DNA of 15,740 nt. It comes from Ginkgo biloba (lineage: Eukaryota; Plantae; Ginkgophyta). Below the pieces are notes generated by a model. The model searched no databases. It saw only the letters and a list, made by a program, of their open reading frames with translations, and had not been told where the DNA came from. The stretch lies in NCBI GenBank assembly GCA_024626585.2, contig JANKJI020000004.1:1642100-1657839 (forward strand), read 5' to 3'. Below, one piece after another: positions 10,801 to 15,740 of this stretch. How positions within the stretch are numbered: the stretch's first letter is position 1; the number at the start of each line of letters is the position of its first letter. The translations under genes were made by a program, and so were the position numbers.

Positions 10801-11302
10801 TCAGTTTTTGTTATTAGTGACTGTGCCATAGAGGATGAAGATTCCAAAAACAACATATTGTTTGACACAGCTGCCATGCATACATGCAGCAAAATAACAT
10901 CAGAAAGACATTTCGAGATCCTATCACCATTTACAATCTTGGGAAATGCAACCTTACCTACCCACATCCATGTGAACAAAGATACTCACCTGCAGTTTAC
11001 TGATCCCTCTAAGTGTGCTTTTGTAAGCAAGAAGAGAATGTCCTAGTGCTGAACCAAGGCTACGCAGTACAGTTGAATCAGTCAAGTCACGCTATGAGAG
11101 ACAAAACAAACAAACAGCAGTAAGTTTAAGCAATATGTAATACACATAACTTACATAAGGCTGTGACAAGGTGGATGAGGTAAATAATCTAGTTGCTCCT
11201 TGGATTAACAAGAAAACCAGTTTCATTATTACATTTCTCCTCTCTTATTTAAGAAGCCAAAGATGAGAATAACCATATAAAAACCATCACAAAACCAAAA
11301 TG

Positions 11303-11584
11303 CCCAGGTGCACAGGTGATTTTTGAAGGAAAAATTTTAAATTTTTTTTTAGAGGGCATCCCCTTGCTTCAGGAGCCACCCCCTCCAAATTTTTCCAAGC
11401 ATTTTGTGGCCCTTGCCACCATTCTCCGGCCTCTCCGGCCCCTGCTGCACAAATTCGTGGCTCCTTGCCACTTTCTGGGTGCCCTGCACCCTACGCAGGC
11501 CTCTTAGGCCCCTGCGCCCCTCCTGTTGCCCTTGTGCCACCCCCTGTGGCTAGGGCGGGACCCCGTGGTCCCCCGCCATCCCCC
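11303..11584. mobile_element. GC-rich non-autonomous DNA-transposon (hAT-MITE-like) end, truncated by an assembly gap
   Basis: Abrupt switch from A-rich intron-like sequence to CCCAGGTGCACAGG, then a C-rich tract with recurring CC(C)TTGC/CCCCTG/GCCAC motifs running into 310 N. No partner TIR was seen. Confidence 0.35.
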
Positions 11585-12676
11585 NNNNNNNNNNNNNNNN
11601 NNNNNNNNNNNNNNNNNNNNNNNNNNNNNNNNNNNNNNNNNNNNNNNNNNNNNNNNNNNNNNNNNNNNNNNNNNNNNNNNNNNNNNNNNNNNNNNNNNNN
11701 NNNNNNNNNNNNNNNNNNNNNNNNNNNNNNNNNNNNNNNNNNNNNNNNNNNNNNNNNNNNNNNNNNNNNNNNNNNNNNNNNNNNNNNNNNNNNNNNNNNN
11801 NNNNNNNNNNNNNNNNNNNNNNNNNNNNNNNNNNNNNNNNNNNNNNNNNNNNNNNNNNNNNNNNNNNNNNNNNNNNNNNNNNNNNNNNNNNNNNTATAAG
11901 AAGTAAGAAGAATCCTTATTTGATTATTCAAAGTTTTCACATTGGTAAGTTTGGAAAATCATAAGAATTTAAAAAGGATTGGATAAAGTGACAAATTCAT
12001 AAGAAAAATCCAACTTTTTGCATGCTAAAAAGGTTTGTATATCATTAGGATAGGACTCTATCATAGAAAAAATCATGTTTTTGTCATAAAATGATCAATA
12101 CATGAAATAATAGGTCAATAGTGTGTTGTAGTTCTCTTTATAGAGAAATACCATGTAAGTGTGTTCCCTTCAGTTGAATATCCGTAAACAATTTGCATAC
12201 TATCATAAAATAGGTGGGCAATGAAGGTTGTGTTATCAGCAGAAGGTGACACCCACACCCATTTCAGCCCACAATAAGCATCACCATTTGCATACCACTA
12301 ATGTTTTCACTGCAACGCCTACATGTCTGATGTAGAATGAAGCAGCATCACAAGATTTCATCCTTCCACTATATCCTTAAGTTCCCATCTGCATTCTCAT
12401 GGAAGGATGCTCAACTTGACACAAAATGCTTTCAATCCTGAATGAAGCGCTCTTGGATCAAATTTCCAATGTCAGTGGGAACAAGACTGGAGCATGACAA
12501 CAATGGAATCCCCATCCAAAGGATGAAGGATAAGGATTGCTTGAGGATACATCTTATGAGGCAAAAAGCCTGATCTATTCATTCCCAGGATTCTGTCTGC
12601 AATTAGATGGCATAGACACGAAAACACATACCTTCTACTATCTAATTAGGCTTGAAGCATTTTCCACCTAGAATCA

Positions 12677-13012
<336 letters not shown>

Positions 13013-14319
13013 TTAGACCAGACCAGATTACATCTACAATACAGTAGCAGCCATACAAAGTCCATAGACTGAATGCTCAATCTAAAACATCATTTTGCAT
13101 GCATTTAGTATTGATGGAGAAAAAGCTTGAACAAGCTGGAAAAAAAAGCATATATAATATATATTCTTCACTACCATATCATAGATGAAAAACAAAACCT
13201 GGGCAAAGTCCAAAGGAGTGGATAGCTACAGACCACTTCACTGGCTGCCTTATTTTAAACACTTGTTCGCAGTCCAAACCTAACCTCAAAGGATTTAAAG
13301 GTATATTTATGCTGGCCTTAACTTGTAATCAAGTGAAAGCTCTCACATCATCCAGATCAACCTGATGTACTTCAATTAAACTATATTTGGATACAAATAC
13401 TAGTTTTTGAGACTTCACATAACCACGTTTTGTTCTTCACTCCACACGGAACCCAGCAACAAAGAAAGGGCAAATGTACAAGTGCAATACATTGTCTCTT
13501 TCTGATATTATTAAATACAAGAAAGCCATCTCATACTTACTTGGAAAGCAATTACTATGAACATTACAATTGGCTCCCACACCCTGTCCACTGGCTGTAT
13601 TTTGAAGGATGCGAACAAACAGAAAACAATCTCAGAGGCAATGAATGATCATAGTTCCTTTCAAGCTTGCATGACTTGATCATTCCTAACTCATGTTGAG
13701 AACAAATGAAGGGATAAGAAAGAATATGATGAGCGATTTTCTCGCCCATCGTTATTTCTATCAAAGGTTGCTGAAGGTNNNNNNNNNNNNNNNNNNNNNN
13801 NNNNNNNNNNNNNNNNNNNNNNNNNNNNNNNNNNNNNNNNNNNNNNNNNNNNNNNNNNNNNNNNNNNNNNNNNNNNNNAATAATGGCACATCAAGAACTT
13901 CCTAAAATTAATTAGGCGCACTTACCTGAAGCATTTGCAGTTCTAAAATATAAAGGCAAAAACCAAAAAAGATTCTTAATAACTAACAGATTCCAATTTA
14001 AGAGTCCATATAAGAGAAACTTATGAAGTGTCTAGAATTTCTTGAAAGTTTCTATGGCAATTCTTTGATCCATATGTGTGCATCTTATTGTGTGTATATA
14101 ACTTGTTACTCTTTGGTATAAGTTAGATCGGTATGGTGACATGAAAAAGAGCCAATCCTGTCAATGCTCATATTATCTCCTCCACTTACACAAGGCTAGA
14201 TGAGTTTAGGTGGGGAATGAATTGAGTTTTAAATCTTTCCACAATAAATGGAGTGATTAGTGAGATCTTTACAATTGTTTATGTTGCATATCAATGATAG
14301 TGGTGAAGCTACAAGAGTT

Positions 14320-15330
14320 GGGATGATAATATGTGGTGCCAGATCTTAGTGACAAGGTGGTGGACATGCATTAACAAGAACCACATGGTGGCGAGTCCCT
14401 TCCTCTTCTATATGCAAAGTTTACACACAAAAATCAAGAATAAGATTAGAAATAGGTCAATGATTAGCGATATGCCATGGACATAGGTTGCTCAAAATAC
14501 ATTAATTAGATGTCCCTCCCTATGGTAAGGGACAATAAACCAAAAGGATTTAAGTGCTGTAAGGTCATAAAAGAATCTTATGGATCATGCCAACGCTTGC
14601 ATTATCAGGTAAAAAAAGGCAGGGAAAGAATCTCTGGCATGCTTGTTGCATCCATTACTGGTGCTAAAAGAAATGTGGGAGAGGGTCTCCATGGCTTTCA
14701 TCATTCATCTCTTTGACATCAAAGAAGCATGATCAACAATCAGCTGTGGTAGACAGCCTGCAAAAGATGGCAAGCCTAATTCCTTATCAAAGACACATTT
14801 CAAATTCGATTCTTCTAAATTTGTAGTACCAGATAGAATTTCCCATTTTCAATGTATGCTAAGATCACAAATGATCATGTGACCCAGAGTTAACAGAACT
14901 GCAGATAGACCTCTGTAGAGCTTAGGGCTCTCAATAGTGCTTTACTAATAGATAACAAATTATTTTAACATTGGGCAATGACCACAGGTTCTCAATGAAA
15001 CAAGTGGAAATAATCATATGGTAGTACAACTAGTTGAAGTGCCTAAACATGCTGACAGCGCAATCCAGAGTTAAAGTTTGCCAAGTTTTTCATGCGGAAA
15101 ATCCATCCCTTGATAGAATTTCCTTGAACAAACAGAAATGAGCATTCCTCCATTGGGATGACACCATCCACAGTTGTGTTTAGTTATGGTCCAGTAACTC
15201 CAACACCCTTTGGATTGCTCACAACAATGCACCCACGCTTGGAATGTTAAAAGATGTGAAGGGTATGATAGCCTAATTAAAGACACAAGGCCAATCCAAT
15301 TCTAATATCAATCAGCGAAGGGCATTGTGA
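14320..15330 (+). pseudogene. Highly degenerate Ty3/gypsy integrase relic
   Basis: Frameshifted motifs in the correct order: LLHPLLVLKEMWERVSMAFI (~14642-14702; consensus LLQPLPIP..WE.ISMDFI), KKHD...AVVDSLQKMASLIP (~14722-14785; VVVDRLTKMAHFIP), VVPDRISHF (~14823-14849; IVSDRD..F), PLIEF (~15106-15120; PLVEF.YN) and HSSIGMTPSTVVFSYGPVTP (~15143-15202; HSSIGMTPF..VYG..P). Confidence 0.75.
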
Positions 15331-15534
15331 CTGTTCATACAATTCTTCTTCCAAATGAAGATGGGAAGCAACTCCTGATCTGCAAGTTAACACGCAAGTT
15401 AATAACCACAATATTGTGCAATGTGACCCACACAGTCTTGACAAAGAATTAAGAGTCCTCAAATTACCTTCACACATTTCCAGTAGTGCCAGGCAATTGG
15501 ACACTTGTGCTGGAACATTAATATAACTATACAT

Positions 15535-15740
15535 CTAAGTTACCAGGAAACGAGAGCAGGGATGGAAAACGACACTCTTCAAAATTCCAAGATACACTAT
15601 ATCTCATATGACATCTCATATTAATATGATGAACAATGAACAGTGAAACATTCAAATGTGAAACTGTAAACATGATCATTGATACATTAAACATGTTACA
15701 TTGTAACATTGTAACATTGTAACATGTAGCTAGCCATATA
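15535..15740. mobile_element. Probable hAT-derived MITE terminus and subterminal repeats, running off the window
   Basis: CTAAGTTACCAGGAAACG...GGAAAACG resembles plant hAT-MITE ends (recalled pattern CTA(A/T)GTT(A/G)C.CGGAAACG). It is followed by AACAT-rich short repeats. Confidence 0.4.
15691..15727. repeat. (ACATTGTA)x3 tandem repeat bracketed by a perfect 10-bp inverted repeat
   Basis: ACATGTTACA (15691-15700) pairs with TGTAACATGT (15718-15727). The tandem units start at 15698, 15706 and 15714. Confidence 0.85.

Noticed and set aside
13575-13600. Previous purB exon end (...GGA CAG on the minus strand)
   Set aside because: It reads SGQ rather than RTHGQ, has no upstream similarity, and no in-phase GT donor.
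14320-15330. Integrase relic as the missing half of the 3.4-5.7 kb element
   Set aside because: It is on the opposite strand, on the other side of the purB exon, and visibly more diverged.

Overview
AT-rich eukaryotic DNA from a gapped short-read assembly (10 N-runs, four of exactly 100 N). It is most likely a large-genome land plant; a gymnosperm is my inference, not something shown. The only intact host coding sequence is one 222-bp internal exon of adenylosuccinate lyase (purB/ADSL; minus strand, 12764..12985) with canonical AG/GT borders. I found no neighbouring exon, so the rest of the window is probably intronic. It is filled with dead mobile elements: (i) a decayed retroelement accessory ORF (~200-1320, minus); (ii) a Ty3/gypsy chromovirus-type gag-protease-RT pseudogene (~3414-5750, minus) whose RT joins directly to the PPT/3' LTR, with RNase H and integrase missing; (iii) a 307-bp LTR (7502..7808) with a PPT on its left and a tRNA-Asp-type PBS on its right; (iv) a very old gypsy integrase relic (~14320-15330, plus); (v) two hAT-MITE-like termini. 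I see no convincing new biological system. The best leads are the PPT-LTR-PBS junction, the internally deleted gypsy element and the isolated exon in TE-filled introns. All family assignments come from manual translation and recalled consensus motifs, not database searches.
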